DNA of 64,000 nucleotides from positions 35,156,001-35,220,000 of the forward strand of contig CM052817.1 of the NCBI GenBank assembly GCA_028534125.1, in the 5' to 3' direction. The DNA comes from Lama glama (Eukaryota). The position numbers and the translations under genes were made by a program. The notes under the pieces are model-generated. The model was given only the letters and a program-made list of their open reading frames with translations, ran no database searches and had not been told where the DNA came from. Position 1 is the first letter of the stretch. Each line of letters starts with the position of its first letter. Positions 26,125-37,444 of this stretch are shown in pieces.

Positions 26125-27060
26125 TTGATCCGTATATTGAGTGTCTGCTTTGTGTCAGGCATTGTGATAGGGGCTGCAGGTAGAGAATGAACAAGGTGCA
26201 ATCCCTGTGGCCGGGGAAGTTGCATCCAGGAGCTGTGGTGTGCTTCGTGGCAGTGTAATAGATGTGTGTATATGCACAGATGGAGAACAGAGGAGGGAGT
26301 CGATCTTTCTGGCCAGAGTGTTCAAGGAAGGCCTTCCAGAGCATGTGACTCCTGGACTGTTTAGGGGGATAGTTAGGAGTTCTCGAGGCAGAGGGAGAAA
26401 GGCATTTCAGGGAGAAGAAGAACATCTGTAAAAGTGTGAAGGCACAGAGTCCCAAAACAGATACAGAGTGATCCTTTTTTGATATCACAGAATCACAATG
26501 TGGTATATCAGTTCACTAGGGCTTCCATAACAAAGTACCACTGACCCAGTGGCTTAACACAATTTATTTTCTCATGATTCTGCAGGCGAGATGTCCAAGA
26601 TCAAGGTGTCATTGGTGTTGGTTTCTTCTGAGGCTTCTTTCCTTGGCTTGTAGATGGCTTGTCTTTTCTCTGTGTCCTCACAGGGTCTTCCCTCCATGTG
26701 TGCCTGTGCTCTAATCTCTTCTTTTAAAGATACCAGTCATGTTGGGTTAGGGACCACCTTAATGACCTTTTTATCTTAGTTACCTCTTTAAAGAACTTGT
26801 CTCCAAATACAGTCACATTCTGAGGTACTTGTCGGGTTAGGACTTCCACATATGACTTTGGGCAGACACAGTTCAGCTCATAACACATGGTGTGGCACAA
26901 CAGAAGTATGAGCAAAGTGGACAGAAGCCAGAGGAAGGTGTGCTTAATTATCACTGGGCTTGGGGATTTGGGAAAAGCTTCAAGGACATAGATCTTGAAG
27001 AATGACTAGAATTTCATCATATTGGGAAGGAAGAAATGACATTTCTGGCCCAGGGATCAA
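26125..27060 (-). mobile_element. L2 fragment interrupted by MLT1
   Basis: tattgagtgtctgctttgtgtcaggcattgtgataggg... and similar L2 text after 26890. Confidence 0.65.
26504..26885 (-). mobile_element. MaLR LTR (MLT1A/B-like)
   Basis: ccataacaaagtaccac...ctccaaatacagtcacattctgaggtact...cagttcagctcataaca. Flanks tgtgg / catgg fit a CpG-decayed 5-bp TSD. Confidence 0.88.
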
Positions 27061-27901
27061 AGCCAGTCCAAGTGCTGGGCCTGCCTTGCAGGACCTCAGC
27101 ATGTGCCATGGCCCTTCCACCCAAGTGTCCAGGACCTGCCATTCCCTGCTGTGGGTTGGTTACCACCATCTCTGCCTTTGACCCCTGACTTGTGAGAAGC
27201 ACAGTGTCTACTCACCTGGAACTTCTCACCATTTGTTCCAGGGACCCCTGCCCTCTTTTGAAAGAGTTTTATTGATGCTGTATCTTCATTTTCTGCAACA
27301 GCAAAACAGCAAAATATCATTCTCCCTCTATGCTTCCCTGGAAGAGGAGACAGCTGTTCCTTCTCCCCCCATGTAACCTGATAGGTGCCACCACGCCCCT
27401 TCCTTCCTCTCTGGAAGTAGCATCTCAGTCCTCAGTCTTGTGGTGGCACCAGAGAGCATGGCCCATTTGACATGTTGCCAGCACCTGAGTCTGAACTGAA
27501 ATATACTGAGACCATGCGGTCCCTTAAAGATGTGCCAGCCACCAAGTACTTGTGCATCAGAATGTACTTCTGCTATCTTTTTTTAACTGAACAGTTTCTT
27601 CTTAAAAGTATTCTGATGTTCTAGAGCTAAGAAAAGCCCTGCAAAATTCCTCTTAGATTAGTAAAATTATAGGATTCAGGCAATTGCTGTGTACCGTGTC
27701 CTAATATATATGCTATTTACACGCGTGTTTGAAATCACAACTTGGCCACAACGTTAGGTTTATTTAACCAGTAAGACCCCAGATGTTTCAGTTGACTCAC
27801 TCATGTTTACTGAGCGGTGTGCTCCAGGATTCAGGAAGGTGTGTGTGTAAAAGATATGGTACCTAAAGAAACTGAAAGGTGTTTGAAAGAAATAATGAAG
27901 A

Positions 27902-28160
27902 CATTGTTTCCCAGAGTATGTGCAAAGGAACACTAGTCATGGTGAATATCCAGAAAGTCGTTTCCACGGCCAGACAAGTTTGGGCAGCACTGCCTAGTCT
28001 CTGATCTTTTGGAGCACAGTGATGATATCAGCATATCAAAGACTCTGAAAGATCCCATAGTAAAGAAGCATACTTAACTTTGTTTTATGTGGATTCTCAA
28101 ATGTACTGATCTTTGAATGAGAACCTGGTGCTGCCCCTGCAGAGCACATCCTGAGAAACT
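27902..28160. mobile_element. hAT-Charlie fossil (Charlie4-like)
   Basis: cattgtttcccagagtatgtgcaaaggaacactag...gcatatcaaagactctgaaagatcccatagtaaagaa. Confidence 0.65.
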
Positions 28161-30434
28161 CTAGCCTAAGACATTGATGATGTTCCAAATGAACTGTGAG
28201 AGGAAATTCTGCTTCTCATTTGGAAGTGTACCATACAAATCCAGTGCTGAGAAATTGTATGCTTTTATTATTTTAGGTTTAGAAATGAAAATGTAAGAAT
28301 TGCATCCTTATGACAAATGGAAAATGAATCAGATTTGCTTGACTTGCCTGGTGATTTTTAATTTGTAGAATCTTCTGTATAAACTAGCAATTACGATGAT
28401 GCAGCCATCAAATGGTATGTAATTATACCCATGAAATAATGGATTGTGAGCACTTTTTTAAATGAAAAAAAAAATCCCTAAAGTAATTATTGGATGATGA
28501 AAATAAATTAATTTTATTCAGTACTTAAAGAAGGAAAATTACTGTGATCCCTGAAGCAATGTATATGCAGATACAGGTTCTTTCATGTGAAAAATTACAG
28601 CCAAAAAATGCTAAAATATTAAATAAATGTGGCACCCACTGCTTTTTCTCCTATAAATTCAATTAAGATGGCGGATTTCCTTAGAGGCTGGTAAGCAGAT
28701 GTTACACAGCTAGTAAGACATGGGATCAGGATTCGGGTCAGCTACTCTTGTCGCATACACTTAACCCCTAACTTGAGCTGCAGTTAGTAAAAAAAAAAAA
28801 AACTTAGTAGAAATTACATTTCTTTCTTCTCCACTTCCCCTCTCCCCACTGCCCCAACCACCCAACAAAAGTAAATTTCTGTTGTAAGATTCTAAAATGC
28901 CATCCTAAATACTTTGATGTCGGAAGCTACTTTGCTAAACCATACTCTCTCTACATGACCACTATATTTTGGAATATTTCACAGTAGCATTGCAGAAGTG
29001 CTCTGTTTTACTACATTGTGAAAATTGCTTTAATCTTTCAGGCTCCATCTGTACAAAAATACTGACAGTAACAGTTGGCATTATTAGTCAAGAGAATAGC
29101 AGTCAGTGATGACCATGTACTTAACCCAGTTGATTCTGTGGAGACAGACTGTTAATACAGTCCCCAAATCATAAGTTGATCATAAAATAATTTATTGAAT
29201 GGATATGTGTAGACCACAAGCTCAGGTTTTCATGATGGTGGTTGTGGCACAGAATTGCAAAAGCTTCATAAAATTTAGGTACCTGGTTTTTTGATATGAA
29301 AGATCTTAGACCTATACATTGAGAATCAAACTGGGGAGTCAAGTAAATAAGTGTGTAACTTCTTTCCTGATATATAAAATTTCATTCCCTATTAAGTTGC
29401 TTAATCACCGTTTGCTGTCTGAATGTTGGATGGGCCTAGTTGCAATTACTGAGTTTTTTCCAAAGTTAATCCTGGAAAATTAATTAATTGCTACAGTCAA
29501 TAATAAAATAATTGTAAAAATAAACTTTTCGATTTTATTTGAAATTTAAAGATACTTCTGAAAGGAATGTGTAATTCATTTTGGAAGTGAGCATGGGGAT
29601 TTTTTTTTTCATAACTGAGATGTCACCAAAGACAAAGACTTTGAGGCAGACTTCTAATGACAGTGTCTGTGTTCTGACTCCTCCTTCGAGGGAAGATTGG
29701 TGTTAGGGGTTAGAATTTTTTGTTTTCTCATGGTAAGGATTGGTTGTTGGATGGAGAGTTCAAGTAGGTTTTACTGTTTCTTTACCTTCCCGGTAATAAG
29801 TAAGGCACTGATGAAACAGCCTTTCCCGAGTAGTTTATGAGAAGGGTGCTGTCTGACATCTGGACTTTGGCACGTCTTCCAGGATGAAGTCTGTGGACTC
29901 ACGCCAAGTGATTGCCTACATAACCTGCAGCATAATGTGCTAGACTGCCTGGTTCACAAGCAATTCGCAAGTGGCCAGCTCTGCAGATCGCCTGACAGAG
30001 ACCATTCTCTGCTTGCATGAAGCCACCAAGTTCTCCAGGCTGAGGCTTCCATATCCTGGTGTCCTCTCCAAGACTGTCTGTTCACTTTCTGTCTCCACCC
30101 CTACTGCCCAACAATATGACCAATGCTGCAAATATTGTATATGGTGGCTGCCACCATTTAAGACAGTGAGGCAGTACAAAGGCCCTCATCAGCCTTCTTG
30201 GCTGACCATGTAGACCAAGTTGCCCATCAGTTAAATACACAAATAACTCATTAAAGAATCTGTACTTTGTCTTTAGTTATAGTTACTTCCCTTGGTTCCA
30301 GCTCAGCTGAACCCCACCAAATCTACCCTGACTTCAGAGCAAGTGATGACTCCTTTTTCCTGACACTAAATTCGAACAATCTAAAATTCTCTACTTAGTT
30401 TGAAAGCTAGGTGTATGGATCCAGGCTGGGGGTA

Positions 30435-30444
30435 ATGACGTCAT
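30435..30444. promoter_or_regulatory. 10-bp palindromic CRE/ATF site ATGACGTCAT
   Basis: Exact motif with an intact CpG in CpG-poor DNA. Confidence 0.4.
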
Positions 30445-31161
30445 AACTGATACTTTTAGAATTTTGCTGTGCTCTTTTAGAATATTTCTGTTTAGAGAAT
30501 TTGGGGTTAGGTATTTCTACAGTGGGGAAAAAACAATTGACATAAAAGAAAAAAAGAATTTACTTCAGAAATAAATGAAGTGTAACATAAAGTACATGTT
30601 TGACCATTTACTGTGATGCTATCAAACCTAGAAATCAGATGTCACTTACATATTTTGAACCTTGGACAGTCGTAGTGAAAGCATTCACTTATTTCACCAG
30701 TCAGTGCCCAAGACCAATTATATAATAATGTAATGATACCTGTGGTGCCTTATAGAATTGTTTTATTAAAATTTTTTCAGTTGACTCATTTTATATAGAG
30801 TCAGTTCTTCTAACACTTGCCTAAAGTGCTTTGATGGTCTTCCACAACCACTGACTATAATTTTTTAAATTCTCTGTTGGAAATTTTACTGATGGGAACC
30901 AAAAGTAGGTTTCATAAAAATCTCTGGTCTATACTCCTGAATAAATAACCACTGAGAATATATAAACATTCTGAAATCAAATCCTCCAGTTTTTTTACTT
31001 TTTACCATTTTTTAATGATATGATCTCAGTTATATTGCACATTCTCTTGCCTTGTCAATAATGCACAGTGAAAATAATTTAACTCTTTGAGGACTGCATG
31101 CCTAGCACAATGCCTTATGTATGTGGGGCATCTGCTGTTTTATAAATCTCCTTTCCTTTTA

Positions 31162-31473
31162 TTACTTTTTTATTTTATTTTGTTTTTTATTGAAGTATAA
31201 TTGATTTACAATGTTGTGTTAGTTTCAGGTGTATAGCAAAGTGATTCAGTTATACATGTACATATATATTTTTTTTTTCAGATTTTTTTCCATTATAGGT
31301 TATTACAGGATATTAAATATAGTTAGTTCCCTGTGCTATACAGTAGGTCTTTGTTGTTTGTCTGTTTTATATATAGTAGTGTGTATATGTTAATCCCAAA
31401 CTCCTAATTTATCCCTGCCCCCTACCCCTTTCCCTTTTGGTAACCATAGTTTGTTTTCTATGTTTGTGAGTCT
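31162..31473 (-). mobile_element. Artiodactyl L1 3' end
   Basis: ttgaagtataattgatttacaatgttgtgttagtttcagg...agttccctgtgctatacagtagg. Near-perfect TSD taaatctc(c/t)ttt(c/a)ctttta. Confidence 0.9.
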
Positions 31474-31859
31474 TAAATCTCTTTTACTTTTAAGGGTGAG
31501 ATAAAACATTGTTTTGGGGATTGCTGAAGTTTGAAAGTGTGGTTGCACCTGTGCTAAAGATCCCAGACTGTTGTCTTTTTGTAATTAGTGATTATTCTTT
31601 CTGTGTTGTCCCTTCCTCACATCACATTTTCTGTGAACTTTTAGTGAGGCCAGAACTGCAGGTCACCAGAGATGACTACCTTGAGCATCATTAACCTGGA
31701 TTTTTATACCCAGATCTCTCCAGAGATCTGGGGACTCTGATACCCAGTTGGGGGCTCGTACCTGTGTGTTTTTTGCAGGTACTTTTCCATACACCAGTGT
31801 GTTTCCACCTTTCCTTTTCCCTCAGAGCTCCTGGCTCCCGCTTCAAAGATATGTTTCCC

Positions 31860-32005
31860 ATGACAGACAAGTAATTTCATCTCTCTGGGCATCAGGTTCC
31901 TCATCTGTGAAATAGGGATGTTAGTAGTATCTATCTCCCAGGGTTGTTTTGAGGATAACTGAGTTAATATCTGTAGAGTTTTTTGAGCAGTCATGCATAG
32001 TAAGG
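31860..32005 (+). mobile_element. MIR SINE
   Basis: ctctctgggcatcaggttcctcatctgtgaaatagggatg core. Confidence 0.75.
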
Positions 32006-32020
32006 GTTTAAAAAAAAAGA

Positions 32021-32150
32021 GGAGGGAGGGTATAGCTCAAGTGGTAAAGCACATGCTTGGCATGCATGAGGTCCTGGGTTCAATCCCCAGTATCTCCTTT
32101 AAAAAATAAATACATAAACTTAATTACCTCCCCTCCACCAAAAAAAAAAA
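32021..32150 (+). mobile_element. Vic-1-type SINE
   Basis: gggagggtatagctcaagtggtaaagcacatgcttggcatgcatgaggtcctgggttcaatcccc...taattacctccc and poly(A). A-rich TSD ending in ga. Confidence 0.92.
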
Positions 32151-32589
32151 AAAGATTGACCACTGGATAAATGACTCTAAGCTTCTTAAAGAAAAGGAAA
32201 GATCTGAGAAGATGCTCCTTCTAATAGAGGGTGATTTGTACTTTCTTTTCTTGGGGAGACATGGAGTCATTTGGAAGAATTTGTATCTTAAGGAGCAGAA
32301 CTGAAAAGTATTACCTAAATAATCTGTAGGAAGTGCTGGCAGTGAGCCTGGGTCCCGACTGGATCAAGTAATATGTGGAAAGATGTTCATAGCAAGTCTT
32401 TTGGGGCTCTTCGTGGAAGATCTTAAAAGGGTACAGGGAGGAATTAACTAGAAATATATGGGGATGGAGGGAATTGCGGGCAAAACTTACGCCAAGAGTT
32501 GGCAGTTACCTTCTTTAATCTAACAAAGTGTGAAAGAGAGTGATTCTCAGGGGAGATTTATATTATATATAATATAAATCTTTTTAACA

Positions 32590-33330
32590 CCTGTCTGACG
32601 TCGCTGTTTTTCTCATCCTTTTCCGTGGAGAGGGGCCCTGGCCATCTGCTTTGTCAAGGCAAGCAGGCACCACCTTTGTGCAGGGGGTGCCGAGCCGGCC
32701 ACCACGAGGCTGGTTGAGAGCGGGAGGGCGGAGGCCGGGTGTCCTGGGCCGGCCTCGCCCGATGCTGCCGCGCGGACCCGCTGCCCGTGGGCGCTGGCGC
32801 GGGCCCTGGTGGCTGCTCGCTCCCACGGCCGCCCTTTGCCCCCAGCTTGCAGCGCAGCTCGGCTGTAATTCGCTCTTCGGCTCACAGGTGCAGCCCTGTC
32901 CAACTGCGGCGTGTGTTTATCTTGTGATCCACAGACAAGAAGAAGGGAGGCAAATTCCAGCCTTTTAAGAAGTTGCTTGGCAGAAGGAAAAAGAAAGGCA
33001 CGTTTGTGTGCCGGGAGGGGTCTGCGGGACAGAAGAGTCGCTCTCCCCCGAGTGTCAGCGATGGGACCTTCTCTTCCGACGAGGAGATCCTGGAGGACAG
33101 TCTGAGGTAAGAACTCTTTGCACTTTGTTTTCAGATCTTTGGCGGAGTTCCGGGGTGGGAGCGGGGTCCCGAAGGAGGCAGGGGGCAGCAGCCCGGAAGG
33201 GTTCCACCTCCGGGAGGGTGGACTGGGGGACGTGGTGCGTCCTGTGCGGAGACACCACCTCGGGGAGTTGGCACACGAGGCTGGCCTCACTTGCTGGGAG
33301 AGCACAGGGACCTGCGCCTTCATTTTGCTG
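32590..33330. promoter_or_regulatory. Intragenic CpG island around the 32935-33106 exon
   Basis: Abrupt GC- and CpG-rich segment (gccgcgcggacccgc, gggcggag GC box) in otherwise CpG-poor intron. Boundaries approximate. Confidence 0.75.
32935..33106 (+). CDS. CRACD: CRACD upstream coding exon (xKKKGGKFQPFKKLLGRRKKKGTFVCREGSAGQKSRSPPSVSDGTFSSDEEILEDSLR)
   Basis: Acceptor atccacAG, donor GAG|GTAAGA, 172 nt (2+56x3+2), no stops. Joins in frame to 51126 (AG+G = Arg). Resembles the recalled CRACDL N-terminal GKKKSKFKTFKKFFGKKKRK motif. Confidence 0.82.
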
Positions 33331-33570
33331 CCCTCACTGGTGGAGGAAGGCAGCACCTCACTGCCCCGGCTCAGCAAGCTTCCTTGGACTGAAGGAGATC
33401 ATGTCCTTTCTCCGGTTGCCTGGCAGGGAGAAAGGGTGCTTCATACACTAGGTTTTACTCCTGCAGACTTTTCAGGCACCAGGTGTCACCCTTCATACCC
33501 CTGGCCATCTCTAGCAGCTTCTGGAACCTGCCTGCCATGGAGCTTTCAATTTCTGCTCCTTGTTCCCCAA

Positions 33571-33665
33571 CTTCCCTCTCCTCCCCTCCCCTCTCCTCCC
33601 TCCTCCTCCTCTCCCTCTCTCTCTCCCCCTCTCCTCTCCCTCCTTTTTCTCTCTCTCTCCCTCTT
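33571..33665 (+). repeat. 95-nt pure polypyrimidine (CT-rich) tract
   Basis: Only C/T from 33571 to 33665, followed directly by AG. Confidence 0.95.
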
Positions 33666-35687
33666 AGAGCACAGGCACGAAGTCTGGCTGTGACAGTGTC
33701 GAGAACTCAGACAAGCAGGGTCAGGAGGTACTTTCTCACCTGAGTGCTGGGAATTGAAGTCAGAGTCAGAGACTGTTAAGCGCTGCTACTGACAGCTCAG
33801 AAGTGGGCTCCTCTGAGAAGCCCTTTTCCACCACCCGGTCTGATTTGCTGGCCCTTGATTGCTTTTCCCCAGCATTGCGAGCCTGGTTCCTGCAAAGAAC
33901 TTAGCGCTTTCTGTGGAAATGATTGATTGGCTTGTCTGTCTCTCTCACTCAGCTGCCAGGCCCACAAAGTCAGGGACCAGGTTTTATTCTGCCTCATTGT
34001 AGGTGCTCAGAAAGTGTTTCCTGTGACTGCCTGGCACGGCATTAAATTGCCCTAGTACATGTTGAAGCCATAGATGATGTAATTTGTGACCCTACTGTGT
34101 TTCAAGGACAAAGATAAAAGCACCCTTGGTGGGCTGTCTGTGTCAACTACAGTTGAGCTCAGATTACAGAATCCTCAGGCAAGCTGTGCACATTAAGCTT
34201 TACAATAGCCACAACAGCATTTGTTAGTCCTAAGTAATGCTGATTGCTTTCCTCCAAAGGCCTGTGTTTGTTTAGCATTGTCTTTAGTAAGAAAACTATT
34301 GAATTTAACCGACGGAAACTATTTCACTGAAAGGAGAACACAGCTAGCACCAAACTAACGCAATTGTTGGAATGTCAGTATGGATGCAGAGTTGAGGATT
34401 GTCCAGCATGAATCGCGTTTGATTTTACTTCAGTTTCTTCCCTTGCAAAATAAGGATGTGAACCTTTTTTTGCCTCACAGCATCAGAATAAGGTATACAA
34501 ATGTGACCAAGTAGCAGTTTAATGCAAAATGAGATCAAGCCTGGATAGTTCTCCTTTGGAAGGACTGTCCTTTAAAGACACAACCCATCCTTTTTATAGC
34601 AGGTTATGGTTTTGTCAAGTCTCTGATTGGACTCTTAGAGGAGCCTGGACCCTGGTTCTCTTCCCATTGAAGTTATATTCCATTTACCTCTTGGGGTTTT
34701 CCTTAAGGCTTTAAATTTTATAAAGCCTTGGAAATCTGCATTGGATCAAACAGCTGCATTTCTATTAAATATAGATAATGCTATATTGACTTACTGATAA
34801 ACCTATATTTATGAGACATGCTATATTTTAATTATTCAACATTTATTTGTATAAATAGGAGGCTGGAAGGGTAAACTTTGGACGATGAGTTTTAAAATGG
34901 CTCTTTATGTGTTTTTAAAATGAAAAAAGATAGGCAAATAGAAGTCACTTAAAATATATATTCCCTTTTTCTTCTCAGAAGTTTTCAATTGCAAAATAGT
35001 TCCACCCATGAAGTAAGTATTACATGCATTGCTTACGGTGTAGCTGAACTTCTGATTATTCACCCTATTTACAGATGGAGAAAATGAAAAATGTTGTTTC
35101 CAACAATTCTTACTGTCAGCTCACTGCTCAGTTAACAGACATGTGACATTACGTTACGTTGTGTAAGGATCCAAAAAATGTCTGATTTATTTGCTATCTC
35201 CAAAATGGGCAGCTCTCACTTAAACACCAAACTCGTGATTTCATGGACATGATTTTGGATGGAGGTTCCCAGGAGGCAGATTTCAGCCCATTGTGAGAGA
35301 GAATTTCCTCATTACCAGAGCTGCCTAGACATGGGGAGGCTGGGTGTGTGCCAGAGGGATTGGGACTGATGAAGGGGCATTTCTGCACTGGGTGGGCATT
35401 TAAAGAAGCTGAACTTTAACAGGCTGTCAGACTCTAAGAATCTGTAATTCTAGAAATGTCTCCGTGGTCAAAAATAGCTCATTATCGATCTGCTCCTTCT
35501 GCCTGAAATTTCTCTCATTTCCTTTGGGTTTTCAAGCATTCTGTTCTTTCTCTAGGTTAGAAGCCTTTATTTCTCCTAGGCTGCTGCTTTTAAATTATAC
35601 ATGCCTGTGGGAAAAGCAAAATAGTAAAACATGATCAATTTTAACAACTTAATATGACTTCCTTTATTAACTAAATACAGCTAATAT

Positions 35688-35900
35688 TATGTTTCCCAAA
35701 GTGTTAAATTTAAAAAGGGGGAGAGGGTCATTTTGACAAATAGGTTTGGGAAATTCTGGACCAAAACGAATTAAATAGGATCCTTTACATAGGACTTTTC
35801 AGAGCTTTTACTATGCCAGTGTGCTCTGGGAATCTCCAAGAAGAGAGATGTACTTGGAAGCTTTTCCAAGATTCCTTTAACCACAAATCTTTCTTTTTTT
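35688..35900. mobile_element. hAT-Charlie fossil (Charlie4-like)
   Basis: gtttcccaaagtg...caaataggtttgggaaa...ggacttttcagagcttttactatgcc...gaatctccaaga. Confidence 0.6.
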
Positions 35901-36520
35901 TCCACAGAGAATACCCATTGGTGCACATTAAAGCTACCACTTATTAAACTTAACACAATGTGTTTTGAATAGGTGAACTCTTGTTAATATTTACTATGAC
36001 TCTCTGAGATTGACATTATTACTCCCATTTCAAAGATGAGAAAACCAGGGCTAGAGAATGACTTGCTGGTGAGTTGCTGAGCTGCCAAGCAGTGATGAGT
36101 GCATTCATAAGCATCCACTATTCTGCCTCTCTATTCTGCTGTGGCCTTACTAGGGAGCTGGTCACATGGTCCTGAGCTGTCCTGCTGGTCCTCAGGTCTC
36201 TTCCTGCCTTCAGCTGCCTGACAGAGGCACTGCTGGGACACCACTTGCCCTACTTCCAGTTTCTGCCTGACACCTGGCATTTACTGCATCATGCTCAGCT
36301 ACAGCACGCTATAGTAAGTGCCAGCTGTAAGCATGGTGAGAACTGAAGGGGCTCCATGGAGCAGGGGCTCACTCTGGGACTGGAGCAGACAGGAAGGGGC
36401 TCCGGAATGAGGAGGCCTGCAGCTGTCTCCCAGCAATGGTCAGGACTTGGACTGGCTGAGAGGCACGGATGTTCCAGGTCAGGATAGCATGAGTAGAGAC
36501 TTCCACACAAGAATGACTAT

Positions 36521-37210
36521 GGCAAATAGTAGAAGAGAAGGAAGCTTTCCAACTCACTTTGTGAGGCCAGTGTTATCCTAATACCAAAACCAGGCAGTGA
36601 CATCACACAAAACAGAAAACTACGGACCAATGTCTTTTATGAATAAAGACATAAAAATCCCAAACAAAAGACTAGCAAACTAAATCTAGCAACATAGAAA
36701 AAGGACCATGGCCAAATGGGATTTATCTCAGGAGTACAGGGTTAGTTTAACATGGAAAAATTAATCAGTATAACATACCCTGTTAATAAAAGAAAGGACA
36801 AAAACCACATGATCATCCTAATACAAGCAGAAAAAGTATTTGAAGAAATCAAACACCTTTAGTAGTAAAAACACTAAAGGCTAGAGATAGAAAGGATTTT
36901 CTCCAACTTGATAAAAGGCCATCTATGAAAATCTGCAGTTTACATTGTACTTAATGGTGAAAGAATGATCCCAGTGCCCTTGGGATCAGGAAAAAGACAA
37001 GAATGTCTGTTGAACACAGTACTGTACTGTAAGGTATAGTTAGGACAGTTAGGCAAGGAAAAGAAAGAAAAGGCACCAATTTTGGAAAGGAGGAAATAGA
37101 GCTATCTATTTGCAGATGCCATGATCTTACATAGAGAAAATCCCAAGGAATCCACAAAATTAACTATTTGGCTAATAAATAAGATTGGGTAAGACTGCAG
37201 AATTCAAGAT
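36521..37210 (+). mobile_element. L1M ORF2 (reverse transcriptase region) fragment
   Basis: Decayed EASVILIPKP, ENYGPMS, KNHMII and LFADAMIL (atttgcagatgccatgatc) motifs. Confidence 0.88.
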
Positions 37211-37444
37211 TGGGGCTTCTGTATTTCAGTGTGTTTGCTGCTCCTGAGAAGAGTCCAGGCTTCCCACAGCCCTCCTTTTAGTCCCACCTGCCCTCCAGCC
37301 AGCCAGGGGGCTCGTCTTCCCTGTGTTGGATGGACCCTAGGACTGGGGTGCCCAATATGTAGCTTGAACCCCTCACTCCCCAGGGAGGCTCTCTTCCCTT
37401 GTAATCTCCATTTTCTTCTGAGTACCCTCCCTGTGGCACAGGTC
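37211..37444 (-). mobile_element. Antisense fragment resembling the 5'UTR of a different L1 family
   Basis: GC-rich ccaggcttcccacagccctcc...cccaatatgtagcttgaacccctcactccccagggagg resembles recalled laurasiatherian L1 5' ends. Confidence 0.6.

Noticed and set aside
28651..28696. TATAAA, AAGATGGCGG (YY1/Kozak-like) and CTG|GTAAGC
   Set aside because: Lies in decayed MIR-like sequence. The TATA is too close to the ATG for it to be transcribed, and the phase 2 donor does not fit the next exon.
29940..30213. Overlapping 79/80-aa ORFs in unique sequence
   Set aside because: No ATG starts, splice signals or recognisable homology.
32021..32097. tRNA-like sequences here and at five other sites
   Set aside because: They carry SINE tails, poly(A) and TSDs, so they are SINE heads rather than tRNA genes.
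32762..32934. ATG at 32762 with CAG|GTGCAG at 32887 as a first exon
   Set aside because: It would need a 47-nt intron and is phase 0, whereas exon 32935 needs phase 1.
32613..33693. Cluster of long ORFs (254 aa minus; 191, 147 and 105 aa plus)
   Set aside because: Expected stop-codon scarcity in a CpG island and CT tract. No recognisable protein. The real exon frame is not among them.
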